From an uncultured Candidatus Saccharibacteria bacterium (GTDB lineage Bacteria; Patescibacteriota; Saccharimonadia; Saccharimonadales; Saccharimonadaceae): a DNA stretch of 64,000 nucleotides. Below the pieces are notes generated by a model. It had not been told where the DNA came from and made no database searches. It saw nothing but the letters and a program-made list of their open reading frames with translations. Position numbers and translations under genes: made by a program. Location: NCBI GenBank assembly GCA_964532185.1, contig CAZHGO010000001.1, positions 2,897 through 66,896 of the forward strand, given 5' to 3'. This document shows, one piece after another, positions 39,825 to 50,313 of this stretch; positions within the stretch are counted from its first letter, which is position 1; every line of letters starts with the position of its first letter.

Positions 39825-40554
39825 TTTTTGCCTCCTTTTTATTAATTGATTCGTATATTTTACCAATTTTTGAAAAACGTGCCGGGTAAGCTTTAGTCTC
39901 CGACAAAACTTGCACCAGCCACAGCGGCATTACCCCGCTCGCCTTAACTTCCATTATAATATTTTTTCTATCACTGAAGTAACGTTTATCATGAACTTTT
40001 TTTCTAAAATTCAAATCCGTATTTCTAAAACCCAGATTCTCGTCAAAAGTAATTCTCAAACTGTTTTTACCTATATAGCTTTTACGATCATAATAAATTA
40101 GAATCTTCGGTTTTAAATTAAAATAATTAATTAAATAGTCTACTTCTGCGGCGATTTGCAAGTCGTTATCTGTTTCAATTTTTTCACCGGCTAGCTCTAG
40201 GGCAGTTTTTTGGTTATTTATAAATTTAAGATAATCATTGTGGGTGATTAAAAATCTACGCTTATAACCTACTCGATTTTCGTCGCCTTTTAGTTTAGTT
40301 TTAATTTCTAAAAACACTTTGTCATAACCACCATAAGAACGCGCCCGAAACTTTTGCTTAAAATTCGGATTTTCAATCGATTTAATAATCAAATCATAAT
40401 TATCGGTGTCAAAATAAATATTAAAAATTTCTGATTTAAAATAAGGGCTTTTTTGCATATTCTTCTCTACTGCCTTCAAAATATTTTTCATTTGTTTTGC
40501 ATCAATGAGATATTTTTTTTCGATTCGGTCAAAGGTTTTTTCATCCATACCCAT
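39817..40554 (-). CDS. VTC (polyphosphate polymerase) domain protein
   Basis: RIEKKYLI, NIYFDT, KFRARSY, FLEIKTK, LRITFD, MEVK and FSKIG. Confidence 0.85.
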   Translation of the reverse strand: MGMDEKTFDRIEKKYLIDAKQMKNILKAVEKNMQKSPYFKSEIFNIYFDTDNYDLIIKSIENPNFKQKFRARSYGGYDKVFLEIKTKLKGDENRVGYKRRFLITHNDYLKFINNQKTALELAGEKIETDNDLQIAAEVDYLINYFNLKPKILIYYDRKSYIGKNSLRITFDENLGFRNTDLNFRKKVHDKRYFSDRKNIIMEVKASGVMPLWLVQVLSETKAYPARFSKIGKIYESINKKEAKNV

Positions 40555-40590
40555 ATTTTATTTCTCCAAACTTAAAACAAACTTAAAGCC

Positions 40591-41514
40591 TTAATTTTCA
40601 TAAAATTTTGCCTCCAACTCTCTACCTAACCTCCGAATATCAGTAAAATCAATTTTATTTGTCATCACTATTATAATATAACTACGTATAGTTCCATCTT
40701 CCTGTGGAAACTTTACAATTGCGGCGTCATGGTAGATATTCCAATATTTACCATCTGCATTATAAGCCCAACCTACTTTGTTGTAGACTTCGGCTTTAGC
40801 AAAACCTCTAGGCAAACCCTGGCGCCACTCATAGGTGGTATCAGGTTGATTTAGAAAAGAATCCCACATTACATCAAGTAATTCCGTGTCATTAAAATCC
40901 GGATGCTCATAAAACCTTTTTAGAATTCTCATAATATCACCAACATTAGAAGTAAGATGTGAAATATCAGAGTTGGTAATCCCCCAGCTATTTTTAATGA
41001 TAGTGTCTAGCTCGGTGTGACCAATCATACTCCATAAAGTCTCTGCGCAGGGCGAATGAGATTCTCTAATGGCGAGATCCAGACATTTGGAAATAGTTTT
41101 GCCAGTAGAGCCAGCCCTAGTATCCCCATCCCAAGTGCCATTTTGAAGACGCTTATATCCTTCATATACTACAAACAATTTATACAAAGATGCTGTATTA
41201 TAATCCTCTTCTACATTATAGGAAGCAATTTCTTTCCCAAGATCCAAATCATATATCAAAATGCTTTTATTTCCGCCCACAGTTTTCGCCCAAGCATCCA
41301 CCACTGGCTGAAAATCCACTTCTTTAGTCTGTGGCCCAGGCTCTGGTTCCGGATCTGGGGGTGTTGGCTCAGTAGGAGTAGTATCTTGAGCTTGTTCTGA
41401 ATTATTTACCATCTCAACAATTTTATCAACTCCAAAAATTACTCCAAAAGTAATTAAGCCAGACAAAAGAAACGCCACAACTACAAGTAAAAAATTCTTA
41501 CTTCCCACACTCAT
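40591..41514 (-). CDS. Membrane-anchored serine hydrolase (class A beta-lactamase/PBP-like fold)
   Basis: TASLYKL (SxxK), SHSPCA and YNKVGW...HDAAIV. Confidence 0.8.
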   Translation of the reverse strand: MSVGSKNFLLVVVAFLLSGLITFGVIFGVDKIVEMVNNSEQAQDTTPTEPTPPDPEPEPGPQTKEVDFQPVVDAWAKTVGGNKSILIYDLDLGKEIASYNVEEDYNTASLYKLFVVYEGYKRLQNGTWDGDTRAGSTGKTISKCLDLAIRESHSPCAETLWSMIGHTELDTIIKNSWGITNSDISHLTSNVGDIMRILKRFYEHPDFNDTELLDVMWDSFLNQPDTTYEWRQGLPRGFAKAEVYNKVGWAYNADGKYWNIYHDAAIVKFPQEDGTIRSYIIIVMTNKIDFTDIRRLGRELEAKFYEN

Positions 41515-41538
41515 ATTATATATATATTATAGCACTAT

Positions 41539-42507
41539 TTAGAAATTTGAAAAATATTGTGACCAGTGGGTCTTGTATTTAGTATTATTATCAAAATAAA
41601 ATCCTACCGCCAGTTTAGTATAATTAGGATTGAGAATGTTTTCGCGGTGTTTCTCAGAATTCATCCACGCCGCTACGGTAGTTTCGGGTGACACCGCCGA
41701 GCTACCAACCACCAAATTCTCCCCTTCTAGATAAGTAGCATATTCACCCGCGGGCTCTATGCAAGCTGTATCCCAAGAAGAGCCATCCGGTCTAGTATGG
41801 GAATAAACTTGCACTATTTCTTCTGCTCTTATTTCTGCTGCATCCGCACAAGTATCTCCCCAAGTTAGTTTATCTAGACCATTCCTTACTCGTTCTTGAT
41901 TAACTAATGATAAGACTTCATATTTCCATTTGTCTTTTGGTGCTTCCAAAACTATCACATCAATAGTATCGCGCCGATTACCATCATAAGTACCGGCTAC
42001 AATCGTAGCCTTACCCACACCAGCAATAATCGGCGTCCTGCAAGTATCTGAAGAATAGCCAAGCCAAGTCCTCGCCGAATTATAAAAACCCGAAATCACT
42101 TCCGGATTAGTAGTCTGCCAATACATTGCACCCAACCCAGAAAGATCACCCCCTACACAGATATCCGCATTTCCAGTTTCATAAATAAAAATTGAATCTC
42201 CCGCCCACAGCTCACCCGCCGGTACCGGATCAGAATTCATCCCTGTGTTAGTGTGTACGGAAGTGACATAGTTTTTTTGTGCCTCAGTTAACTCAGTAGA
42301 ATTATTACTCTCTGCATCAATCATCTGATCTTGAGTAATATTCTGAGCTACTTCATCCGAACGCTCATCTACCACTCTAAAATCCAACCCGCCATTTAGG
42401 CAAATTGCACTAGCAATCAAAACCCCCGCAACTAAAATCGCGGCAGCATTTACCGACAAAAGAATTGTCATCTTAGTCTGTTTGAGAGTTGCCGCGGCAG
42501 CCGCCAT
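41539..42507 (-). CDS. CAP/SCP domain protein with Ig-like (Big_2-like) domain
   Basis: LVNQERVRNGL, HTRPDGS, GENL, AWMNSEKHRENIL and HWSQYF. Confidence 0.85.
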   Translation of the reverse strand: MAAAAATLKQTKMTILLSVNAAAILVAGVLIASAICLNGGLDFRVVDERSDEVAQNITQDQMIDAESNNSTELTEAQKNYVTSVHTNTGMNSDPVPAGELWAGDSIFIYETGNADICVGGDLSGLGAMYWQTTNPEVISGFYNSARTWLGYSSDTCRTPIIAGVGKATIVAGTYDGNRRDTIDVIVLEAPKDKWKYEVLSLVNQERVRNGLDKLTWGDTCADAAEIRAEEIVQVYSHTRPDGSSWDTACIEPAGEYATYLEGENLVVGSSAVSPETTVAAWMNSEKHRENILNPNYTKLAVGFYFDNNTKYKTHWSQYFSNF

Positions 42508-42621
42508 CCCGAATCAATACCTCCTTAAGCTACCATTATTATAGCATAATAAATTAATTTTTAAAATTTATTGAATTTACGTTTTTTTCATGCTATACTA
42601 AAAACAGCTAAAGGAGGTACC

Positions 42622-43983
42622 GTGCATTTAACTACATTACTTCTCATCATTGTCGCTATTTTGACGGCGCTTTCTGGCATTGCCGTATTTTCTGGGGCTC
42701 ATAAAGGTGAACGTATACGTGCATTTCTATTTTTCTTCACTACAATTATGGCTCTAATTTGGGCAATCGGCATTGGAGTTTTTCTTTCTCTACCAGAAGA
42801 TACTAGCCCAGATATCACCAAGATCATTATAGACATGATCTATATAGGTGCACCAATTATGTGTTGGGGGTTAATGGCCTATGCTTGCCACAGTTATAAA
42901 TTGGGGCGAATCGGCATGGTTATTCTAGGAATATTATGCTTAGTATTTGTTGGCACAATTTTAGCAAAGCCCGAACTTCTCTATAGTGGCTTTACATTAA
43001 GCGAGGCTACCGGCAATATCGTGCATCTTCACCAAGATAATTTCTATATATTATATGGCGCCTACCACTTTTTAGCGGTTGGATTATATATCATAGGGTT
43101 AGGCTACACTGCCTACACCGCCAAAACCAGCCAAGTTAAAAAATCCTATCTCATGGTACTAATAGGTTTCACTATTACCGGCATTCTGGCGCTAGTTTAT
43201 GATTTTATCTTGCCATACTTTGGCAAATATGACACTATTTGGGTAGGTATTTTAGCTATGTCTATCGCTTGGATTTTTCACTACTACGCCATTCTGCGTT
43301 ACCACCTACTCAATCTTTCCAGCCCATGGCTCAAGACTTTCTCTCGCGTAATTGTATTAAGCTGCGCCGCAGTAATCTATCTAGTAATTTTCTTTATAAT
43401 TTTTGCAGCATTATTCAAAACTCCTGCTCCGTCTGTCCAAGTAATTATTCTTAATGTATTAATGATTGCCGCAGTAATGTTATTGATTCCAGCCCTAAAC
43501 GAATTGAGTGCCTTTGTTGGTTCGCTTGCCTCGGCTGACGAGATAGATGTATCCTATATTATCAAAAAAATGACCGCCATCGTAGGCTACGACGTCAATC
43601 TTACTGAGCTCTCCTCATTCCTTTGTGATCATTTGCATTTTCAATACATTGGTTTTATCCTAAATGGAGAGCTGTATGGCTCTAGTCAAGCTAAAATCTC
43701 ATCAGACACAATCAAAGAAATCGCTAGGTCAAAGAAAATCAGCGGCGGAATTTGGCTCGAACCAGACGAAAAACTTTCTGCTACCTTACACCACCTAGAT
43801 ATTAGCGCAGTAGCCGAGCTTCGTGATGGCAAAGGCAAGATTATCGGCCAAATCGTATTTGGCAAGCCAAATGGTCATATCAATTTTGAAAATCGCGATA
43901 TCGTACCTATTGAAATTATCATCCAAGTCCTCCCGGCCGTAATCAAACCTGGCAATCACCGTATCAAAAGACACCTAATTTAA
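42622..43983 (+). CDS. HisKA_7TM-like multi-pass sensor protein without a kinase domain
   Basis: About nine TMs followed by a GAF-like tail; no H-box or G-box. Start GTG 42622 behind the SD AGGAGGT. Confidence 0.6.
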   Translation: MHLTTLLLIIVAILTALSGIAVFSGAHKGERIRAFLFFFTTIMALIWAIGIGVFLSLPEDTSPDITKIIIDMIYIGAPIMCWGLMAYACHSYKLGRIGMVILGILCLVFVGTILAKPELLYSGFTLSEATGNIVHLHQDNFYILYGAYHFLAVGLYIIGLGYTAYTAKTSQVKKSYLMVLIGFTITGILALVYDFILPYFGKYDTIWVGILAMSIAWIFHYYAILRYHLLNLSSPWLKTFSRVIVLSCAAVIYLVIFFIIFAALFKTPAPSVQVIILNVLMIAAVMLLIPALNELSAFVGSLASADEIDVSYIIKKMTAIVGYDVNLTELSSFLCDHLHFQYIGFILNGELYGSSQAKISSDTIKEIARSKKISGGIWLEPDEKLSATLHHLDISAVAELRDGKGKIIGQIVFGKPNGHINFENRDIVPIEIIIQVLPAVIKPGNHRIKRHLI

Positions 43984-44012
43984 AACCCCCGGGCTAGTTA
44001 CCCGAGGGTTTA
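43982..44012. terminator. Bidirectional terminator-like hairpin
   Basis: AAACCCCCGGG-CTAGTTA-CCCGAGGGTTT (one mismatch) between convergent genes. Confidence 0.65.
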
Positions 44013-44022
44013 GTGGGGTGGA

Positions 44023-45147
44023 TTAAACAGAATGTTTCCTAATAGTAAATCTTACGCTAGTAGTACCCCAAGGTTCCACTAATGTTACTTCCGGGTCGAG
44101 CGTCTCAATATCGGCTATCCCTGCCAGCTTAGTGCTGACCACTTGTAGAGTGATTCGCCCTTGTATAATAGCGTCAGAGACAGTGTCAAAGATTACCATC
44201 GGGTTTCTTGGATCATAAGGCCAATTCTGGGTTTTGATTACTCTTCGCATCGACTCAGTCCAAAGCAAATAATCATACTTCATATAGCCGCCCGATCTTA
44301 GCAGGGTCAATCCTGCCAAAATCGCTCCCGTCATCTCGTGCCGCTCGACCTCATTTAAATACATAGATACTCCATGCATCCAGACTAACTCCTGGGTATT
44401 AAATAAATCTTGATGCTGCATGGCCTTACTGAGCGGCTCGCGACAATAGTGCACATTCTTTCTAACGTTCTCATCAGGAAAAAGCTCTTCCATAGGGCTC
44501 ACTGGGCCATCATCAAAAACTGTCAGCTCCAAATCTTTCGGCAAAGAGTAAAAACGTTCTGGAATATTACCACCGCCAAAAGTGGTAGCATATTTGATAT
44601 TTTTACTCGTAATAAAATCTGAGATAGCCTGAGATTTCTTACGCTCGTTGATATTCATACCTTCAAAATAGGACATCTGATACCACACGTCGTTTGGTGG
44701 AACTTCGCGCACCACGCCCTTCAAATCTTTGCCATAATTATGTAGATACCCCATCAGCTCCGCGATTCTCCGATCCCATACTGCAAAATAGAATTGAAGC
44801 ATAAAATCCGAAGATGGTATCTCAAAAAACTCAAAATTTTTGAGAAGACCAGGGTCCTCCAAGTGTTTTTCTGCCTCTTCCATCCGCACTTCAACTGTGT
44901 CAGCATTAAAACTGCTACGCTCCACTAGGGCCTGACGTACAGCATAAAGCATCTGCTCTTTACGTTTTTTACCTTCAGGAGTTGCAGAAACTCCAGGGAG
45001 GTCTCCATTAAAATAACGTTCCGAAAGATCAGCCTGTTCAGTTGCCCATTGATATATTGCTTCTTTAGGTAATTGTCCATAAGAAAAACTGTCATTTCCT
45101 CTTGTGACACTCCATGCATTTTTCAACGTCTGCTGCGTATTCATCAT
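44023..45147 (-). CDS. Hypothetical protein with possible class I SAM-dependent methyltransferase-like C-terminal half
   Basis: TFGGGNIP, LTVFDD, ELVWMHGVSMYL and LLRSGGYM appear in the order of Rossmann MTase motifs. Start behind the SD AAGGAGG. Confidence 0.45.
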   Translation of the reverse strand: MMNTQQTLKNAWSVTRGNDSFSYGQLPKEAIYQWATEQADLSERYFNGDLPGVSATPEGKKRKEQMLYAVRQALVERSSFNADTVEVRMEEAEKHLEDPGLLKNFEFFEIPSSDFMLQFYFAVWDRRIAELMGYLHNYGKDLKGVVREVPPNDVWYQMSYFEGMNINERKKSQAISDFITSKNIKYATTFGGGNIPERFYSLPKDLELTVFDDGPVSPMEELFPDENVRKNVHYCREPLSKAMQHQDLFNTQELVWMHGVSMYLNEVERHEMTGAILAGLTLLRSGGYMKYDYLLWTESMRRVIKTQNWPYDPRNPMVIFDTVSDAIIQGRITLQVVSTKLAGIADIETLDPEVTLVEPWGTTSVRFTIRKHSV

Positions 45148-45244
45148 GTCAATCCTCCTTATCAAAAATACTTAAGTCATCCACCCTCTAACCTACTTCA
45201 GTAAGTATATCACAAAAAAATATTTTAGAAAAGCTAGACAATAG

Positions 45245-46738
45245 TTAAGGTTTTACTTTTACGAGTCTTTCAATCCACCATTTCATAGTATCTTCATCCA
45301 GAAGCCTAGTCTGCATATCTTTGCCATAAACCGTACCTACCAGTTTGGTCTGGAGCAATTTGCCGTTATGAAAATAATGCGATAAAATCAAACTCCTAGT
45401 CGTACCTGGCCACCAAATTTGGTCAAAGAACAAATTTCCTAGCCCATAATAAATTACTCCATCACCATAAAGTTCAAAAGTTTGAGCCTGGTGAGCAGAA
45501 GTCCCCACCACCACGTCCGCACCAAGATCAATCAAATGACGGAAAAAGCCGATTTGATCACCAGCTGCAGAATTAGCCGCATCGCAAATTGGGTCTTCAT
45601 ATTCTGAAGCATAAGCCGCACATTCATAATACTGCACATCCACTATCACAAAATCACCCCGTTCCTTAGCTTCTTTGATTTGCTCAGCCGCCACATTTTC
45701 ATAATATTGATTCGCACCTGGTGTATTACCCCGTGTTGCCCCACCCGTAGATTGATTAAAGGCCAGCATAGTAATATTGGTACCCTTTTCAGACAACTCC
45801 AAAGGCGCTTTAGCCTCAGTAGCATTTTTGCCGCCACCCACCATTTTAATGCCCTTTTCGGTGTAAATGTCGATGGTATCAAGTGCAGCTTGATTACCAC
45901 AATCTTGGTTATGGTTACCGGTGAGTTCTACTACATCCAATCCGATTGCGGTTAGCGTATCTATAAATCTTGGATCAGAGCAAATATTTCGATCGTGCGC
46001 CGCTGTAGTAAAAGAAGATTCGTTAGAGGTATGCGTAATATCGAATGCAGACAAAAACGGACCGATTTGTTCTGCAAAGTAAGTTGCATCACCCCCAACA
46101 GACTTTAGCTTAGCATTCATGCCCCGAGAAAGCGCGGTCACGCCAGTTTGCGCAAAGGTAAGTACTGTGTCAGAGCTAGGAAAAGTCTTATTAAACATTT
46201 TGGAAACAAGCGGCCAAATTTCTTCCCTAAACTTCTCTGATTCAAAATTGATAATTCTATATACGGCGCCAGTTTTGAATTCGTCCAGATAATAATTATC
46301 GTTAATAGATAGTAGCTTATTAGAAAAATCCAGCTCCGAAACCGGGATTAGTTTTATATTATTTTGATTCAAAAAAGTCTCATCGGCCAGCTGTTCCACG
46401 TTCTCAACGCCAACATTAGTCTCCGAACTATAAAAATCCGTTACTGGTACATAAACTTCATAGAGATATTCACCCTCCGCAAGCTCAGGCAGCTCCAAAA
46501 CTTCTCTAACATCAATCTTTACGTCTTTATCAAGATCGACTTCCTCCGTAAAAATTTCGTGAAATTTAGAAAGCTCATCTTCTTTTAGGCCTTCACCATA
46601 ATATACTACGCCTGGCACCCTAAATATACCCGTCTTAGTGACAAATTGCACGCCAAAGAACACTCCTACAGAAATCCCTGCAAATATCGCTAAACAAATT
46701 AGCAGTTTCGCTGCACTTTTTTTTCTTCGCTCACTCAT
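45245..46738 (-). CDS. CapA/PGA_cap family metallophosphoesterase-like protein
   Basis: TGNHNQD, VVVGTSAHQAQ and YYGLGNLFFDQ; N-terminal TM. Confidence 0.8.
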   Translation of the reverse strand: MSERRKKSAAKLLICLAIFAGISVGVFFGVQFVTKTGIFRVPGVVYYGEGLKEDELSKFHEIFTEEVDLDKDVKIDVREVLELPELAEGEYLYEVYVPVTDFYSSETNVGVENVEQLADETFLNQNNIKLIPVSELDFSNKLLSINDNYYLDEFKTGAVYRIINFESEKFREEIWPLVSKMFNKTFPSSDTVLTFAQTGVTALSRGMNAKLKSVGGDATYFAEQIGPFLSAFDITHTSNESSFTTAAHDRNICSDPRFIDTLTAIGLDVVELTGNHNQDCGNQAALDTIDIYTEKGIKMVGGGKNATEAKAPLELSEKGTNITMLAFNQSTGGATRGNTPGANQYYENVAAEQIKEAKERGDFVIVDVQYYECAAYASEYEDPICDAANSAAGDQIGFFRHLIDLGADVVVGTSAHQAQTFELYGDGVIYYGLGNLFFDQIWWPGTTRSLILSHYFHNGKLLQTKLVGTVYGKDMQTRLLDEDTMKWWIERLVKVKP

Positions 46739-46770
46739 ATTTCTATTATAGCATATGTTATAATTAAAAC

Positions 46771-48741
46771 ATGGCTTGGTGGGTATTTAGAAAAGAAGAA
46801 ATCGAAAAAACTATTTTTTCTCCTGATGGCAAAATCCGTTTAGACTTTTTGCTTAAGAATAATCAAATTTTTTACTCAGTTTCAAAAGACGGTAAGCCCA
46901 TTATTAAAAAATCTAAATTAGAATTTGAAATCGTTGGCGAAGATCTATTCAAAAATAATTTAAAATTAATTCGCAGTCGTACTTCTCGTCATGAAGAAAC
47001 TATCGAGATGCTTTGGGGCGAAGATCGGTATTTAGAAAATAATTATACCGAAGGGACTTTTTATTTGGCAGAATCTAATAAATTTCGTAGAATCTTTACA
47101 CTTAGATTTAGGATTTTTAATGATGCCATAGCTTTTCGCTACGAAATCCCACCCCAACCAAAATTTAGCAGGATCGCTGTCAAAGACGAACGTACAGAGT
47201 TTAATATAGATCTAAATTCCGTAGCTTGGCAAATTCCCGCCTATCAGCCAGACCGTTATGAATATAACTACGAACGCAAAAATGCATATGAATTAGAAAA
47301 TTCCGTACATACTCCACTCACCATCAAAACTCCAAACGGTTTTTATCTTTCTATTCACGAGGCTGCACTATATAATTATGGTTCCATGACGGTCAAACTA
47401 AATCACGATAAAATTTTAAACTCTGACATCACGCCATTGTCAGACGGAACTAAAGCCCATGTAAATCTACCATTTAACACGCCTTGGCGATTAATTATGA
47501 TAGCAAACTCCGCCATTGAACTCACTGCTAACCGCACTATGTATTGCCTAAATGATCCACCACAAGAGGATTTTAGCTGGGTTAAGACGCTTAAATTTAT
47601 TGGTATTTGGTGGGCTATGTATGTAGGTGAATGGACCTGGGCCCCTGGCGAACGTCATGGTGCTACCACGGAACACGCCAAAGAATATATTGATGCCGCA
47701 GTGCGACTTGGCATTAGCGGAGTTTTGATTGAGGGCTGGAATGATGGCTGGGAAGGTAACTGGTTAGAAAATGGCATCAACAATAAATTTACGGTAGCTA
47801 CGCCAGATTTTAATCTAGAAGAAGTAGCAAATTATGCTCGAAACAAAAATATCGAGCTCGTTGGTCATCACGAAACTGTTGGTTTTGTCGATAATTACGA
47901 AAGCCAGCTTGAAGACGCCTATAATTATTATGCTGCCAACGGTGTACATTATATCAAGACCGGTTATGCCGGAAGCCAAATCGTGATAAATGGTAAAAAA
48001 GAATTTCATCATTCTCAAGCCGGAGTTAATCATTACCAAAAAACCGTGGAACTTGCTGCCAGGAAAAAGATCATGCTAGATATTCACGAACCCATCAAAG
48101 GCACTGGTATTGAACGCACTTGGCCAAATCTCCTAACCCGTGAAGGCGCCCGTGGACAAGAATATGAAGGTGGAGCCCTTAGACCATCACATGCATGCTA
48201 CCTGCCTTACACCAGATTACTAGCTGGTGGAATGGATTACACCAATGGCATTTTCGATATTGCTAATAACATCAAGCGAATTTCTACGACACTTGCTCGC
48301 CAGGTAGCGTATTTCGTGACTATCTATTCCGGTATGGCCATGGCCGCCGACCGCCCCTTTATGTACGAAGAAAAATATCCTGAACTCTTTGAATTCGTCA
48401 AAAAAGTCCCTACCAATTTTGAAAAAACCTTGCCCCTAGTTGGCGAAATCGGTGATTTTTACGTCGTAGCCAGAAAAGACCGCAATTCTGACAATTGGTA
48501 TCTTGGCGGCGTCACCGATCAAGATTCTCGTCGAGTCCATATTAATCTGGATTTCTTAGATTCCGGGGTCTACAAAGCCAAGCTATACCTAGATGGTGAA
48601 AACGCTCATTTTCGCGACAACCCCTATAGTATCAATATCTCAGAAAAACACGTTGGTAAATCCGATTCCCTAGACATTTATATGGCGCCCGGTGGTGGCT
48701 TTGCTATATCTCTTGAGCGGTTACAAGCAAACGATGTGTAG
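46771..48741 (+). CDS. Glycoside hydrolase family 97 (SusB-like alpha-glucosidase)
   Basis: SPDGKI, LIEGWNDGW, GHHET, DIHEP, EGARGQE and GGMDYT. Confidence 0.9.
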   Translation: MAWWVFRKEEIEKTIFSPDGKIRLDFLLKNNQIFYSVSKDGKPIIKKSKLEFEIVGEDLFKNNLKLIRSRTSRHEETIEMLWGEDRYLENNYTEGTFYLAESNKFRRIFTLRFRIFNDAIAFRYEIPPQPKFSRIAVKDERTEFNIDLNSVAWQIPAYQPDRYEYNYERKNAYELENSVHTPLTIKTPNGFYLSIHEAALYNYGSMTVKLNHDKILNSDITPLSDGTKAHVNLPFNTPWRLIMIANSAIELTANRTMYCLNDPPQEDFSWVKTLKFIGIWWAMYVGEWTWAPGERHGATTEHAKEYIDAAVRLGISGVLIEGWNDGWEGNWLENGINNKFTVATPDFNLEEVANYARNKNIELVGHHETVGFVDNYESQLEDAYNYYAANGVHYIKTGYAGSQIVINGKKEFHHSQAGVNHYQKTVELAARKKIMLDIHEPIKGTGIERTWPNLLTREGARGQEYEGGALRPSHACYLPYTRLLAGGMDYTNGIFDIANNIKRISTTLARQVAYFVTIYSGMAMAADRPFMYEEKYPELFEFVKKVPTNFEKTLPLVGEIGDFYVVARKDRNSDNWYLGGVTDQDSRRVHINLDFLDSGVYKAKLYLDGENAHFRDNPYSINISEKHVGKSDSLDIYMAPGGGFAISLERLQANDV

Positions 48742-49195
48742 CATCCTTATCACCTACCGGTTCACCCGCACATGTCATCAAAACCAAAGTATTGTCAGAC
48801 TCAGGCTTCAAAAGTTCGCCCATATCAATGTCTGTTTTTCTAAAAGTCTCTACGTCGGTAATCATATATCTTACATTATTATAGGTAATAGTATCATTGA
48901 CAGTTACTTGGTCTAAATTTTTAAAAATTGTAGTAGAATGGCCAATCAATAAAGTTTTACTAGAGTTTTTGCTAAAACTGCCCACAATAGAATCTGGAGT
49001 ATCAAGCCGGTGATTTTTCAATTCTAATTTAGTCACACCAGAAACTAAATCAATGCTAGGAATAATCAATCCGCCGTCAAACATATAGGCAGTGCCATTT
49101 GGCGATACAAAATAAAACGACATATAGGCCAAAAAAGACACCATATATAATATAGTAAACAATTTCCTAAAAGAAAATCTCCGTTTTAATTCCAC
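48704..49195 (-). CDS. Sortase (class F-like)
   Basis: LIGHS, LVLMTCAG and HRLLV (His/Cys/Arg triad); N-terminal TM. Confidence 0.8.
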   Translation of the reverse strand: MELKRRFSFRKLFTILYMVSFLAYMSFYFVSPNGTAYMFDGGLIIPSIDLVSGVTKLELKNHRLDTPDSIVGSFSKNSSKTLLIGHSTTIFKNLDQVTVNDTITYNNVRYMITDVETFRKTDIDMGELLKPESDNTLVLMTCAGEPVGDKDATHRLLVTAQEI

Positions 49196-49248
49196 ACTTC
49201 CTCCTTATGCTAATATTATAGCACAAGCAAAATAAATGTGAAGATATT

Positions 49249-49791
49249 TTATACGCCCGGATTAAACATTTTTAATTTTTTATCGTGATTTTTATAATTT
49301 TTGTCGTGTTCATATACCTCTGCCCAAAACGCCCTGGAATGGTCCATGTGGTTTAGATGGGCAAGTTCATGCAAAATTACATAATCGCGTAATTTTTCGG
49401 GAAGTTTCATCAAGCCAATATTAAGGGAAATAGTTTTTTTGGAAGAGCAGGAACCCCATCTGGTATTAGCATGAGTTAAACGACATTTATCATATCTATA
49501 ACCATATAATTTAGCATAATATTCCAAACGATACGGTAAATATTCGCGGGCTTTTTTCATTAAAATTTTTTTCTGATAATCACGCGTACGTTGAGTCGTC
49601 GGGTCGTTGATTGGCAGTTTTTCACGAATTCTCTCACGATTAACATCCAGATATCTCTTTACCAAAAAATCCGGCGTACGCTTAGGCACGGACATAGAAA
49701 GACGTCCAGAAGTAGAAACCGAGAATTTCACTCCTCGACTCCAGGCATTCTTGCGAACGATAATCTCGCCAAATTCTTTATCTACCAACAT
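49249..49791 (-). CDS. YgjP/M48-like zinc metallopeptidase domain protein
   Basis: TRWGSCS and YVILHELAHLNHMDHS. Confidence 0.85.
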   Translation of the reverse strand: MLVDKEFGEIIVRKNAWSRGVKFSVSTSGRLSMSVPKRTPDFLVKRYLDVNRERIREKLPINDPTTQRTRDYQKKILMKKAREYLPYRLEYYAKLYGYRYDKCRLTHANTRWGSCSSKKTISLNIGLMKLPEKLRDYVILHELAHLNHMDHSRAFWAEVYEHDKNYKNHDKKLKMFNPGV

Positions 49792-50272
49792 CAGCAAGAC
49801 CGGCTAGCACATGTTTGGTCTGGGTTTCAAAAGTATGTTTGCCAGATAGAATAATTGGGTCCTCAAGCTCGGAAGGGGCTTCTAGATTAGAAACTTCCTT
49901 GTCATAAACTTCCTTTGCCTTTTCTACAGATTTGTAGCGAGTTTTAAGACGATTGCGAATGGTAGTAACGTCGGTCTGAATCCAAATCAAAGACGGGTTA
50001 TAACCAGCGTTTCTCAAGATATTACGAATCTCTTCTCGCTCTTTCTCGGTAGAAAGACCACCTTCTATAATGATAGTTTTTCCAGTATGTGCGATTAATT
50101 TAATAATTAATAAAATATTTTTTCTAGTCAAACGATATTTGACTTTTAACTCGTCGAAATCATAGAGAGCCAAATCAAACTTATCGGCGAACTTCTCGCT
50201 AAAAGTAGATTTCCCACTGCAAGGCGCTCCGAATACGAGTAGAGCTCTTGGTTTTGACTTATTACCTTCCAT
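49778..50272 (-). CDS. P-loop (AAA_33/nucleotide kinase-like) protein
   Basis: GAPCSGKS. Start reassigned to ATG 50272 (TTGCAC-N17-TATAAT upstream). Confidence 0.75.
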   Translation of the reverse strand: MEGNKSKPRALLVFGAPCSGKSTFSEKFADKFDLALYDFDELKVKYRLTRKNILLIIKLIAHTGKTIIIEGGLSTEKEREEIRNILRNAGYNPSLIWIQTDVTTIRNRLKTRYKSVEKAKEVYDKEVSNLEAPSELEDPIILSGKHTFETQTKHVLAGLADVGR

Positions 50273-50313
50273 ATTGATTCCATTATAGCACAAAAAATCT
50301 TTCGTGTGCAAGT

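Noticed and set aside
28360-44022. att-site duplication of the tRNA-Gln 3' end bounding an island
   Set aside because: Only 8-9-nt chance matches (44013-20 inverted; 17128-36); no integrase seen.
44014-45188. Inverted repeats (GGGTGGAT) flanking the methyltransferase-like ORFan as mobile-element ends
   Set aside because: Only 8 bp identical, with no target-site duplication or transposase.
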